A stretch of DNA of 61,951 nucleotides, filler included, from Chiloscyllium plagiosum (GCF_004010195.1; 2 parts of one record of this genome joined end to end with filler, not necessarily neighbours in it); one strand, 5' to 3'; positions 13,412 through 26,987 are shown, counted from the whole stretch's first letter. Numbers and translations are program-made. Notes: generated by a model from the sequence alone, not told the origin.

Positions 13412-13582
13412 AGCTCTTTTAGATTCTCCTGGTGTAGATCCCAGATTAATTAATGAAGCTTGGGCCTACAATCATTATAAATGGTTAGTGTGGAAATTTG
13501 CAGCAATGGAGATAGCATTCCCCAAAGAGTTTGGTGGCAGGTGCCTGACACCAGAAGCAATTCTTCTGCAACTTAAATACAG
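13412..13582 (+). CDS. BRCA2: BRCA2 exon equivalent to human exon 17 (helical domain)
   Basis: ctcgcag|A acceptor and AG|gtatac donor; 171 nt; phase fits the previous exon. Translates [57 protein letters not shown]. Confidence 0.97.
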
Positions 13583-13852
13583 GTATACTCTACTTCACCT
13601 CTGTATATCTTGTTTATAGCTATGTAGTTTATAAAAACAAATTACTGAATGCCATTCCATATCCTATCAGAGAACTTTGTGTGGCTGTATTTTTCCTGCC
13701 CAAAAAAAGGAAATAATTTGAGTAAGTTAAAAGAAACTCAGAACTGTTCAAATGCAGAAGTAGACTATTTGTCCCATTATACTTGCACCTATTCTGTTAT
13801 CTAGTTCTAATCTCCTAACTTCACACCATATCCCTGAAAATCAGTTCTATCC

Positions 13853-16064
13853 CAAGTTAAAAATCACACAATACCAGATTATAGTCCAACAGGTTTATTT
13901 GGAAGCGCTAGCTTTCGGAGTGCTGCTCCTTCATCAGGTGGTTGTGGAGTATAAGATTTAAGACAGAATTTATAGCAAAAATTTACAGTGTGATGTAATT
14001 GAAATTATATATTGAAAAAGACCTGGATTGTTTCAGTCTCTCATCTTTTAGAATGACCATGTTGGTTTCAGTTCTTTCATATGTATATTCCAGAACATTT
14101 TTTAAAAAGTTACATTCTCAAGTGAACTTTAACAATAGGTGCTATGTTGGCCCAGATAATGCATTGAATGTGTGAGGGTGCCCTGTGTGAGGCTGTCTGG
14201 GTGCACCCCAATATACCGACATTTTCATGCATCTATTCGAATAAGAGATCTCTGCAGGATCTCCAACCAACACTATACACCAGGTATATTGACGACATTT
14301 CTTTCCTCTGGACCCATGGCGAGGAGTCACTGAAACAACTGCACAGTTATATCAATGAGTTTCATTCCCCCCCCATCAAACTCACCATGGCTACTCTCTA
14401 GTATCTGTCTCATTCTTGGACACATGCATCTCCATTAAGGATAGGCACCTCAGCGCTTCGCTCTACCCCAAACCCACTGATAACCTCATGATGCTACACT
14501 TCTCCAGCTTCCACCTGAAACACATTAAACAGCTATCCCCAATGCATACACAGAACCTGTTCAGATGTGGAGGAATATGACGGGCATTTGGATGCCCTCA
14601 TTAGAATGGTGTTCGAAGCTTAACTCATTGACTGCCAGTTCCATTGTGCTACAGCAAAAAACCGTAATGACCATCTCAAGAGACAGACACAAGCTACAGC
14701 TGACAGAGTACCCTTCGTTGTCCAGTACTTCCCAGGAGCTGAGAAACCACGCCATGTTCTTCGCAGCCTGCAACATATTATCAATGAGGGTGAGCACCTC
14801 GCCAAGACCTTCCCCCCCGTCTCCATTTCAAACCTTTAAATAGCCACCAAACCTCAAACAGATCATTGTTTGCAGCAAACTGCCCAACTTTCAGAACACC
14901 ACCATACAACCTTGTCACAGTAGATGCTGCACGACATGTCAGAGTGTTGACACAGATACCACTATTACGCATGAGGTCACCACCCACCATGTACATGGCA
15001 GGAACTCATGTGACTCGGCCAACGTTGTCTATCTCGTATGTTGAAGGCAAGGATGCCCCAAGGCATGAGGCATTGGTGAGGCCGAGCAGAGGCTACGGCA
15101 ATTAATCAATGGACACTGCACAACATTCAACAGACAGAAGTGTTCCCTCCCAGTCGGAGAACGCTTCAGCGGTCTGGGACATTTGACCTCAGACTTTTGG
15201 GTGACCATCCTCCAAGGCGGGCATCGGGACAGGCAACAACGCAAAGTGGCCGAGCAGAGGCTGATAGCAAAGTTTGGTACTTATGGGGATGGCCTCAACT
15301 GGGACATGGAGTTCATATCACACTACAGGTGACCCCACTGCACTGCATGCACTCTCAAGTACACAGTTACAGAACGCACATAGACACACGCCGACAGACC
15401 CTCTGTCATGTATAAACTCTCTCTCATATGCTAACACATACATTCCTACGCATTCTCACACACCCTCTCGCAGACTTATATCCCTTTACACTCTCACTCA
15501 CTCGTATCCACATACACACACTCTCACAGACACTTATCCTGCCCCCGCACATGCACACACATATAAGTTTGTGGGTGAATTTGTGCTTGCAGAACTACAT
15601 TTTATTTTACTCAAAAACGGCATGAATCCATGTAAGACTCTGTAAATCCCTTTTGTAGATTAGAATCCATCTGAACATTGGGGCACAAACATCCTCACAC
15701 AGGGCACCTCACACCTTCATTGCATTATCTGGGCCAACATGGCACCTATTGTTAAAGTTCGTTTGAGAATGTAACTTTAAAAAACATTCTGGGATTTACA
15801 TGTGAAAGAACTGAAACCAACATGCCCATTCTAAAAGATGAGAGACTTCACAAACAATCCAGGTGTTTTTCAACATATAATTTCAGTTATATCACACTGT
15901 AAACTTCTACCATAAATTCTGTGTTCTATGATCTTATATTTCACAACCACCTGATAAAGGGGCAGCGCTCCAAAACTTAGTGCTTCCAAATAAACCTGTT
16001 GGACTATAACCTGAGATTGTGTGATTTTAAACCTTGTACACCCCATTCCAACACCAGCACCCCC
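13853..16064 (+). mobile_element. Penelope-like retroelement, 5'-truncated and degenerate: RT C-terminus plus GIY-YIG endonuclease, with ~350-bp inverted terminal repeats
   Basis: YTRYIDDISFLWTHG RT motif; disrupted GIY-YIG region (CDSANVVYL...IGE...EQRLIAKFGT..DGLN); inverted repeats about 13855-14212 and 15678-16033; 15-bp direct repeat aaatcagttctatcc at 13838-13852 and 16065-16079. Confidence 0.92.
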
Positions 16065-16980
16065 AAATCAGTTCTATCCAAATAATTATCCAGTGCTCTC
16101 TTAATGCCTCAATTGACTCCACCATAGGGAGTGCATTTCATACCTTGCTTGCTGTGTGAAAACACTTTTTTTCCTCTCCCTTGCTTCATTTGCACAACAC
16201 TTTAAAAGCCCTAAGAACTTTGAAATGCATGCCACCTATTGTGTCCATAAAATGTTCCAAAATGCATCATATTTGCTGAATTACTCTTGAAGAGGAGTCA
16301 TTGTTAAGGAGACATAAGAAAAATTGTACAATTTAACTATTTAGGTAAAACAGTTTTGAAATGAAGTAATGGACTATTCCAGAGTACAAATTCAAGTGTT
16401 CTAATCTTCTATTAGCATACCCATAGATAATAAGATTCACAGATTTTATTCTTTTGGAAACCTTTATTTACATTGACCATAACATTTATTAATCTCTACC
16501 CCCATGTTATCTTAATGACCAAAAATACATTTGAATACAAATTTCACTTTGACTTCAACTTTTAACTGACTGCAGGACTCCGATGTAATGGGATAAGTTT
16601 ACAGAAGTGAAGAATAAACTTGACTAATGCAAACGCCATTTCTGTCGCGAAGGTTATGATGCTTTATCCCACATCCTGATTTTATTTGATATCCTCCTCC
16701 TCCACCCAGTTTAAATGGGATTGTCTCTACACAGTTCCACTTCTGCAGATACAAATGAATAGTTCCCACCCATACATCACTTATGCTTATGATTTCATAT
16801 TTCTAGTTATCCTTTGCAAGGACTTATTTCCTCTAATTTCTTTTGGTTATTCTAGTATATGGAGAGAAAATACAAGGATATATTTTGAATAAGTGTTTTT
16901 GTTTTGAAGCAATGAATTTTGTGTTGCTATTCAAAAGTATTAAGCTGTGCAAATGTAACTTTCTAATTTTGGCATTGTAG

Positions 16981-17380
16981 GTATGATGTAGAGATTGATC
17001 AGTGTTATCGATCTGCCTTGAAAAAAATTATGGAAAGGGATGATGTGGCAGCAAAAACACTTGTGGTTTGTATTTCTAAGATAATATCAATGGGAACAAA
17101 ATCATCTCAAAATAACCCAGATCTTGATGATGCAACTAAACAGTCAAAAACTGTAACTGACAAGTGCATCATCGAAGCAAAGAAGGTTGTGCACTTTGGA
17201 GTTGTTGAAGTCACTGATGGCTGGTACGGAATTAAGGCCCTTCTGGATCTTCCACTCACATCACTTCTGCAGAAAGGAAGACTTGTAGTTGGTCAAAAAA
17301 TCATTGTCCATGGGGCAGAGCTTATTGGGTCACCGGATGCTTGTACACCGCTGGAAGCTCCAGAATCACTAATGATAAGA
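16981..17380 (+). CDS. BRCA2: BRCA2 exon equivalent to human exon 18 (OB1)
   Basis: ttgtag|G acceptor and AGA|gtaagg donor; 400 nt. Translates [32 protein letters not shown]...[15 protein letters not shown]...[31 protein letters not shown]. Confidence 0.97.
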
Positions 17381-19042
17381 GTAAGGGGAAAGCATACATT
17401 TTTGTGGTAATTATATTTTAATATATGCTTTGTTTTATGACATTCTGATAAGTAATTTTTGTCTGTGAGAGATAGGTAAGCATCACTTTTTTTTTCTGTT
17501 TATCCAACTAATCCAATAACTCCTACTGAAAGATTAGGAGCATTTTCAGACAAGAAGGGGTTGGTTTGGGTGCATGAGTGGAGTTAAATACTCAAAAAAA
17601 AGATGTGAAGTTAGAACTCTCATGTCATCCTGACCTCTTCAGGTTTCACCTGGAACTAGGTTTGAGGAAAGAGCTTAGACCAATTGGGTAAGTTATTTAA
17701 ATGTTTGAATAGCTCATAAAATTCTTTTAAATAAGGATTCTGGCTTGAACAATCAGCAGACCTATTTCTAAACTGTCATTAGGGTCACCTGAGACAATTG
17801 TACAGTGGGAAATACTACTTCAACGAAAATGACGGGTTGGGAAGGATGGTCAGGGAAACTAAGGAACGACAGCCAGAGCCAAGGTGAGAAGCTGTTACTG
17901 AAAGCACTGCTTTTCAGACTGCACTTGACAGGTGATTATCACCTTCGTCAAAATCTTCACCCATCTTGGTCTTCACTCACCTTCAGTTTCATTTTACTGC
18001 AGACTTAGTATAGCACAACATCTGCAATTGAAGCTCTAGCTTCCACCTTTGACAAGGAGCAGAAGTAATACCAGCTATCTTGATCTCAGGCACATGCAAT
18101 ACGTGTATGGGTGAAATTTAGATTAAGCTTTAAAGAAGCAAACCCCTTCTCCCCCCCCCCCCCAACATAGGATCTGTAGGCTTAAGAACATGTCTAAGTT
18201 GTGAACACCAGTGCATCAGCAAACTTGGGTTTCACAGCGTGTCATTTCTAATTGCACCCTAGAACAAGACTACCTTCTTAGTGAATAAAGTAGGCACGTA
18301 TTCTCTGTAGCTATTAAGGCTCCTTTAATGGAGCACCATGAGAGTTGCCATTGGGGAAAACATGGTAACCATGTGAAAACAGCATAAAGAGTGCACTGTG
18401 ACACCAATGATCCGCCCTTTCCACGACCACCTTCTCCTCAAAGTGTGGCAGAGGTTGCAGAAGCTGCATTGGACTGCATGACCACCTATGGACTCACCCT
18501 GAGAGTGCAAGAACGTCCATCCCCCTTTGAGGGACTGCCAAATAATGATGATGATGATGTCTCTTATGGAAGAGCTCTCCCCTCCCCCAATCCTTAAGAT
18601 GCCTTTTGTCTCTTGTCTCCTTTTTTTAAAGTTGTATGCTCTGTTTCACAAGACGACAAAGCGGAGAGCCAGGAAAACGATTGTTCTGAATCGTTTTCTA
18701 GTTAAATACATAATTGTTTGATTTTTAGATATGCACTAGTGGAACTAACTGTCCAGTATAGGTCCCACAAATGTGTGTTCAGTGTTTATAGTGCCTTTCC
18801 AAGGAAAGTTTCTGGAGTATTTTAAAAATGCAGCTAGTTCACTAATATCCTTCAATGAAAGGAATCTGCTTTCACTACTCTGGTCACGTTATGGTATGGA
18901 CTCCCAACACACTTGTTTTGTTAGTCATCCAAATCCCAGGGAGAAAGCTCATCGTATGAATATTGCTAGGGAATTTCATTAAATTGATAAGCAATGTTAG
19001 TGGTACATTCTTTTGTTTGTTTCTTTTTGCTTTCCTGTTACT

Positions 19043-19348
19043 AGCAAGGCCAACATTTGTTGTCCATCTCTAATTGCCCTTGAACTGAATGGCTTGCTTG
19101 GCTCTTTCCCAGGGCAGTTAAGAGTCAGTCTCATGTTGGCTGGACCAGGTAAGGATAGCAGATTTCCTTCCTAATGAAGTCATTAGTAAGCAAGAAAAGG
19201 ATTTAAAAAAAAAATAAAATACAGCTTTGGTTTTATGACCATCATCATTGATTGTTATCACAAGCTGCAATGTTAAGATTTGAACCATTGTCTGTAGTAG
19301 CCTCTGGATTTCTATTCCAGTAACGTTACTGCTACACCACCATCTTCC
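19043..19348 (-). mobile_element. tRNA-headed SINE with Deu-like central domain (SacSINE1-like)
   Basis: Minus strand carries ggaaggaaatctgctatccttacctggtc and a caagggcaattagagatggacaacaaatgttggcc tail; related to the 26988 SINE and to both ends of the 40453 LINE. Confidence 0.75.
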
Positions 19349-19834
19349 TTTCACATAACGTCTGCTGAAAGATGTTGTACAGCATTTAACAGGCCACTTA
19401 GTCTAACCAATGCACATCAATTTTTATCTTCCACATTTCCTAAAAAAGGTACACCGTCACAATTCATAGATCTTCTATCTGCTAGTACTGTGACTCCAGG
19501 GTGTCCTGTTTCCCTTCTCTGTAGTTGTAAAGCATACTACAAATCTCCAACGTTTGAATATGATATTCCGCATTCATTGCTTTAGAATATTTCCAGACGA
19601 TAATGAATTGTCCTTGCATGCAAATGCCAACTAAATTACAATGGAGCAAACGGTGGCTAAATACCAATGGTATGATATGATAGAACATGTGATTAAGTTG
19701 ACTACCTGTGAGCAAGGTAATTTTATTCATCATTACACCTTATGAAATAAATTTTGACAAATAAATCAGTTTGCCTATATGATCTTTTAAAATAATGTCA
19801 ATAAGTAAAACTGAACTATTGTGCGTAAAATCCG

Positions 19835-20043
19835 AATCGGTCCGTTTAGTCAGCTATCTGAATGACTGGTTTGTGACACAGAGTGGTGCTGAGAGCAAAG
19901 GTTCCATATCTGCTGAGGTTACCCAAGAAGGTTCTCCGCCCTTTGCCTGAGGCATGGTCACCCTCCGGTTAAACCGCCACCTGTCGTGTTTCTCTAATGA
20001 GAAAGCAGCGCTCTGGTCCTCTGGGACTATGGTGACTTTGCTT
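19835..20043 (+). mobile_element. Old SINE-like repeat (resembles UCON3-type SINE, from recall)
   Basis: gcctgaggcatggtcaccctccggttaaaccgccacc...ggtcctctgggactatggtgacttt; no database search was run. Confidence 0.45.
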
Positions 20044-20084
20044 AATTAAAATTTCAATATAATAATCCATGTTTTCTGATTTAG

Positions 20085-20240
20085 ATTTCAGCCAATGGTA
20101 CCAGATCAGCTCGATGGTATGCTAAGCTAGGATTTCACCGTGATCCTCGACCTTTCCCATTACCAATATCTTCTCTCTTTAATGAAGGTGGAATGGTTGG
20201 TTGTGTTGATGTAATTGTTGTTCGAGTTTACCCTATGCAG
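20085..20240 (+). CDS. BRCA2: BRCA2 exon equivalent to human exon 19 (OB1/OB2)
   Basis: gatttag|ATT acceptor and CAG|gtatgg donor; 156 nt. Translates [52 protein letters not shown]. Absent from the ORF track; translated by hand. Confidence 0.97.
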
Positions 20241-20422
20241 GTATGGAAGATTACACAAGATTAGTAAAATTTTTTTGTAGATGAAGACTTATCAAATAAT
20301 ATTATTAGATATCACTGTATACATTTTGATAAATTGCTTAGGAGAGGAGTGCTTTTTTTTTGGCAATGTGTGTTAGTATTAATTGTATTGTACTTGAAGC
20401 AGATATTATCAGAGAATTCACT

Positions 20423-21385
20423 TAGAGTCATAGAGATGTACAGCACAGAAACAGACCCTTTGGTCCAACTCGTCCATGCTGACCAGATATCCTAACCTAA
20501 TCTAGTCCCATTTGCTATCACTCTAACCCTTTCTGTTCCTGTACCCATCCTGATGCCTTTTAAATGCTGCAATTGTGCCAGCCTCCACCACTTCCTCTGG
20601 CAGCTCATTCCATACACATATCACCCTTAGCGTGAAAAAGTTGCCCCTTAGGTCTCTTTTATATCTTTCCCCTTTCATCCTTAACCTATGCCCTCTAGTT
20701 CTGGACTCCCCCACCCAGGGAAAAGACCTTGTCTATTTATCCTATCCATGCCCCTCATAATTTTATAAACCTCTATAAGGTCACCCCTTAGCCTCCGATG
20801 CTCCAGGGAAAACAGCCCTAGCCTATTCAACCTTTCCCTATAGCTCAAATCCTGCAACCCTGGCGACATTCTTCTAAATCTTTTCCGAATCCTTTCAAGT
20901 TTCACAACATCCTTCTAATAGGAAGGAGACCAGAATTTTTGTACGCAATATTCCAAAAGTGGCCTAACGAATGTCCTGTTCAGCCACAACATGACCTCCC
21001 AACTCCTGTACTTAATACTCTGACCAGTAAAGGAAAGCATACCAAATGCTGCCTTCACTATCCTATCTACCTGCGACTCAACTCTCAAGGAACTATGAAC
21101 GTGCACTCCAAGGTCTCTTTGTTCAGTAATACTCCCTAGTAACTTACCATTAAGTGTGTAAGTCCTGCTCTGATTTGCTTTTCCAAAATGCAGCACTTTG
21201 CATTAATCCAAATTAAGCTCCATCTGCCAGTCCTCAGCCCATTAGCCCATCATATCAAGATCCTGTTGTAATCAGAAGTAACCTTCTTTGCTGTCCATAC
21301 ACCTCCAGTTTTGGTGTCATTTGCAAACTTACAACAATACCTCTTATGCTCACATCCAAATCATTTATATAATGACGAAAAGTAG
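20423..21385 (-). mobile_element. CR1-type LINE 3' fragment (~960 bp)
   Basis: RPLLEYCVQ, RRLRGDLIEVYKIM and WNELPEEVVEA motifs with frameshifts; same subfamily as the 1647 and 31824 copies. Confidence 0.92.
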
Positions 21386-21929
21386 TGTTGTGTTGCAGTT
21401 ATTGGTTAGGAAGTGAACGTTTAGAATGTGTAAGAGTTCTTTCCTCGCCTCTGGCTATCTGGAATGGAGCATTTGGGAACAGTGCATGTTATGGGCATGA
21501 TTGGTGCCTATTTCTGGAGATTAGGGGCAAAGTGTGGTGGGTAGTGCAACATGCCGTTCAGTCTGTATTTCATAATGTGTGGTACATGGATTGCTGTACT
21601 GATAGGGTTGAAGGAATCAGTTTATGTTGAGTAGGGATAAATCTAATTGATTCCAATCTATTTGGCCTTTCTAGGTTTGAGGTGAATGTCACATATTATT
21701 CATTCCAATTAATTATTTATCCCTGATGATTCAATCAGTTTTTTTTGTGGAGAAAACTGCACTTCACTTAGAGCAGTAGTGTATATTCTTCTGATTGTCC
21801 AATTGTTTTGAGCTCGGTCTGTAACTTGTGCAACCTCATTCAGAATGGGATAAAATAGTGTCAAAATAGCAATTTTAAATGTATTATTAAAAACGCTGCT
21901 TTAGTATGAGTATCACGCATTGTTGGTAT

Positions 21930-22930
21930 AAATAACAAATTGTTGTGGTGGCATTCCCATTCATTAGTTGTCCTTATTCTAGGTGGTGAAAGGTACAGAT
22001 TTGGAATATGTTGATGAAGCGACCTCAAATTGGTGCATTGTATCTTGTAAATGGCACACTGCTGCATTGATGTGCATTTTGAGGGAATGAATGTTTAAGA
22101 TGGTGGCCTGGGTATCGGGTCAAGCAGGCTGTTATTGTCTGAAATAATGTCAATCTCATTTACTATCTCTAGGACAACATTCATCCTGGCAAATGGGAGC
22201 TATTCCATCAAACTCCTGACCTCTGGTGGACACGCTTGAGGAATTGGGAATGGAGTTGTTCATTGCACAATTCTCAACCTTTGATCTCTTGTGTTCACTG
22301 TATTTAGAGGGATGGTCCACTAGAGTTTCTGATATGGTGTTCTCCATGGAATTGATAGTTAATAGAATCTCCAATGATTCCTCCCAACGTGAAGAGGAAA
22401 TGCAGAGAAATCTCTTGCTTGAAATGGGCATTGCCTGCAAGTTGTGATGTATGGATGTTATTTGGCAAGGATTTGCTGCATGCAGGCATAGAATGCTTCA
22501 GTAACTGAAGAAATGTGCATGACTCTAAATGCTGCGCATGCATCAGTGGTCATCCCTACTTCTAATCTTATGAAGATGAGATCATTGAAGCAGCTGAAAA
22601 TAATTAGGCCTTGGGCCCTACATGAAGCTACAACTTCAGCGGTTATCCTGTGCTGAGATGCTTGGCCTCCAACAGTCACAAATATTGTCTTTTATAATTC
22701 AACTGATAAAAAATTTTCTCCTTACTTCCCATTGATTTTAATCTTGCTGGAACTGTATTGAACCCCACATAGTCATGGGCTACTTTGATGTCCAAAGCAA
22801 TCATTTGCCCCCCTCATCTCTTTCATGTAGCTTTGTTGTCTAAACTTGCAACAAGGCTATAATGAGGTAAGGCACCAAGAGGTTCTGATGGAACCCCAAC
22901 TGGGTATCAGAGGACTGGTTATTGCTGTGT
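21930..22930 (-). mobile_element. Degenerate copy of the LINE family seen at 40453-43617
   Basis: Patchy reverse-complement similarity to the RT and 3' part of that LINE; boundaries approximate. Confidence 0.55.
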
Positions 22931-24329
22931 GAGGGCCTTTTTAAAAAAAATGGTGAATAGGTGTTGTGTTGACTTTTGTTATCCAAAATCTCCTTGAATC
23001 TGGAATGTTCTGTCAGGTTGGGAAATAGCAATGCAATTCCTGTATTCAAAAGTGGAAAGGACACAAATTAGGAAACTACAGGCCAGTTATTTTAAAATCT
23101 GTCATAGGAAAATAGTATGAAGCTATTATTAAAGAGTTTATAGCAAGTCATTTAAGTTCAAGGTAATCAAACAGTGTCAACTTGATTTTGTGGAAGAGAA
23201 GCCATGTTTAATCAACTTACTGAAGTTCTTTGAAGAAGTAACATGCTGTGGATAGAAGGCTATAATGATGTATAGCCTTGTGGATGTGCTGTCCTCACAT
23301 GTCCAGAAGGCATTTGATAAAATGGTACATTAATATTCATGAATAGTACATTGACTGACCTACTGGATATTGTTGAAAAAAAACTGGGTCTTTTTCTGGT
23401 TGTCAAGTTAAAATGGGAGTTGTGCACAATGGAGTGAATGTTGAGGTCTCAACTTCTTCCAATGTATATAAATGACTTGGAGGTACTGAAGATATGGGCA
23501 CTAAATTTGCTTTTGATCTGTAATGGTGGAGATCACACAAGAATGCCAAGATGAGAATAGCTGAAATACTTGTGTTTTACACTGAATTCTACCATTGATG
23601 AGAGTAGGGATATTGATGGAGCCTGCTTCTCTTCCCATTAGTTTTTAGTTGTCCTCTACCATTCACAACAGCATGTTATAATTAAATGTCCCATTGATTG
23701 TGTGATTCCTTGGCTTTGTGTCATCTTGCTTCTGCTGTTTTGAAGAGCAGCCTCCTTGTTCCTATATTTTATTTTGTTATCGTTCTTCGGATTAAAAGAA
23801 TCATAAATTATGAGGAGAAAGTGGGAACAGGGTTCTAAGTTGGCTGATCAGCCATGATTGTATTGAGTAGTGGAGCAAGCTTGAAGGGTCAAATGGTTTT
23901 AACAGTCAGAAATGTTGAGAGAGCAGTATCAAGCTAATAGAAATGAAAGGATATACCTAAATAGGTAAATTAAAGGTATGCTCGAAGGAAAAATTGAAAT
24001 ATCATTCTTGTCACGGTTTCTTGTCAAATTGTATTTTTGTTCAACAAATAATAATAGTAAGGGAAAATCATTTATTTTTACATGCAAAGTTTTCCTAAAT
24101 CACTATCTGTTTCGATTGAGATTACTGTAAAATCATTGATGCAACCTGCCAATTTATTTGTACTGGTGATGTTGGTTTAGTTTTATTGTATGCTGGGAAC
24201 TTTTAATATTAAAACATAATGTAAAATGGTACATAACTTACAGTCAGGAGGGAATGTAATATTATATAGCAGAGCATTTTGTTATACCATCCTCGCTTCT
24301 GCCCTCTTTGGGGAGGTATAAATAAATTT

Positions 24330-24546
24330 AGGCGAACATGAAGACTGCAGATGCTGGAGATTAGAGTGGTGCTGGAAAAGCACAGCAGGTCACGCAGCGT
24401 CCGAGGAACAGGAAAATCGACGTTTCGGGCAGGAGCCCTTCATTGTGAATGGAATGCATTTCTGATGAAGGGCTCCTACCCAAAACATCGATTTTCCTGT
24501 TCCTTGGATGCTACCTAACCTGTTGTGCATTTCCAGTACCACTCTA
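24330..24546. mobile_element. PLE-derived palindromic mini-element about 120 nt upstream of the BRCA2 exon 20 acceptor
   Basis: Inverted arms of about 85 bp (24361-24445 and 24463-24547); direct repeat ataaataaattt at 24318-24329 and 24547-24558; both hammerhead cores are mutated. Confidence 0.8.
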
Positions 24547-24668
24547 ATAAATAAATTTTAGTTCAGCAATTGCTGCCTACTGTGAATCCAGAGTTTTGCT
24601 CAGCCAATGCACAATGCATTTTCTGTTGTCTAGTTTGTATTTCTGATGAGAAATGCATTTTTCTTCAG

Positions 24669-24816
24669 TGGATGGAAAAGAAATCCAACGGAACGTATGT
24701 ATTTCGGAATGAACGGGCTGAAGAACGAGAGGCTCAGATACATTATGAAAATCAGCAGAGAAAGTTGGAACTGTTGTATGCCGACACTGAAGCTGAACTG
24801 CAAGAACGATATGGAG
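24669..24816 (+). CDS. BRCA2: BRCA2 exon equivalent to human exon 20 (OB2/tower)
   Basis: ttcttcag|TGG acceptor and G|gtaatc donor; 148 nt. Translates WMEKKSNGTYVFRNERAEEREAQIHYENQQRKLELLYADTEAELQERYG. Confidence 0.95.
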
Positions 24817-25169
24817 GTAATCAGAACACAACGTCTAAAAAGATATCTTTGAAAATAACAGGTCTAGTTTTAATTAATATAATGACAGTTGAATTTTGTT
24901 CCACACTTTTTAGCTCTTTCAAATTATTACAAACTGTGGTAATTAGATTTTTAATTTTTTTTAATTTTGAAGATTAAATTTTCTGGATTACGATTATATT
25001 TTTGATGTTGTCTCTTATGTTGAAATAATAGGCAATTGGCCTTCTGCGCGAGACCATGTTATCATTTTTAGTCTTACAATAGGGCACAATGCCTGATAAA
25101 TCTGGTGTCTAAAGTATGAGTACCTATCTGAAGCTGTGTCACTTTAAAGACCAATACTCTAATATTCAT

Positions 25170-26370
25170 AAACTTTTACTTATTCAAGGGATGTGCATGT
25201 TACTGGCAATGCCAGCATTGTGGAAAGTGATGCTGAAGCATGTTCTCAAACTGAGGTCCATGAGGCTTTAAATTCACTGGGATGTGGCCAGCTCTGGCTT
25301 TCTCATCATATATTGACAATTCCTAATTGTCCCACAGAAGACTGATTAGTCGTTTTGATCTAGTTCATTCCTTGGAGCGTAGGGGCACCTACAGTTCTGT
25401 GTCAGGAAAGAAATTTCAGGAATTTTAGCTCCACTGAAGGTATGACTATATACTTTCAAGTTAGTTGGGGGTGGGGGAAGAGGATGTGTCTTATTGGGGA
25501 ACTTGAACATGGTGGCATTCCCATGCTTCTGCTCCCTTAGGTGGTAGAAGCTGCAGGTGCTGTCACAGAAGTCTGGGTAAATTACAGTAGTACATATTAT
25601 AGGTGATATTATTGTGCATCAGTGGTGAAGGGAGTGACTTTTGAAAGTGGTATTTGGGGTGTCAGTCAAGCAAGCTATGTTTTCCTAGATGATGATGAGC
25701 TTCTTGGGTAGTGTTGGAGTAGCACCAGTAGTGGCTTGTGCCATTAGATGATGGACACGCATTGGAGAGATGGGAGGTGAGTTACTTACTGCAGGAGTCC
25801 TAAGTTTTGAACTGCTCATGTAGTCATGGTATTTATGTAGCTGTTCCAATACAGCTTCAGGTCTATGATATCTTAGGAAGTTAATAGCGGGTCATTTAGC
25901 TATGGCAATGTCAATGCACGTCAAGCGGCATCAGTTGCCTACTGTCAAATTGAAGATGGTCATTCCCTGGGAATTGTGTATTGCCAAATGTTGCTTGCAA
26001 TTTATCAGCCCATGTCTGGGTATTGCCCAGGACTTGCTGCACATCAACACAGACTACTTCAGTATCTGAAGATTCATGAATGGTCTTGAACATGGTGCAT
26101 CATCTTCGAGCATCCCCATTTCTGACATTATGATGGTGGGAAGGTTATTGAAGCATCTGAAGACGGTTGGGCCTAGGACACTACCCTAAAGAACTCCTGC
26201 AGTGATGTCTTAGTTTGAGATGATGGCGTTCAATAAAAATCAATAAATACATTTTGTGCTAAGTATAAATCCAATCTTCCTGATTCTCATTGATTTCAAA
26301 TCTGCTGGGGCTACTTGATGCCATATTTGTTTGAATGTGGCTTTGATATCGAGAATGCCATTCTCAGCTC
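25170..26370 (-). mobile_element. Degenerate copy of the LINE family seen at 40453-43617
   Basis: Reverse complement contains WADK/GND-like RT-thumb remnants, ggagttctttagggtagtgtcctaggcccaacc and the shared 3' tail; boundaries approximate. Confidence 0.6.
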
Positions 26371-26987
26371 ACCTCTACAATTAATCTCTTGCATCTATGC
26401 ATGGTGAATGTGCTGATCAGTAAGGAGTTCCAGAACTTTAATTCACTGACAAAGAAGGAGCAGTAATACATCAGGATGGTGTGTAGCTTGAAGATAACAG
26501 TGCACGTACAACCCGCTTTCCTTGTCCTTGTTATGAAATGGAGATAGTTCAAATTGTAAGATTGTACCCTGTAGATGTTTTGCATGTAGCTGTAATGCAT
26601 CAATAGTATAGATTGAATATTTAAGGGAGTATAAGGGCTGCAGATTTGAGTGGGCTGCTTTTAGGCTGGTGAGTATCAAGCACCTTTAGTGTTTGTGGAA
26701 CTTCACTCATCCAAACAAATGGTGAAGATTCCATCACACTGCTAATATCTGCTTTGTAGACAAGAAACACTTTGGGAAGTCAAGAACTCAGTCATCTTGA
26801 GCTCTTATAATCTCAGCATGTGTAGCTGATTCAGTTATCTTTTTGGTCAGTAGTGAACCTCCAACATGTTTATGGTCAGCAGTTTGGGTGGTAACGCTGA
26901 ACTCTGAAGAAGATACGTAGGCTATACTCAAATTTAGATTTTGGTAGGTATTTAGAGGAGCAGAAACTGAACATTATCAGTCTGATA

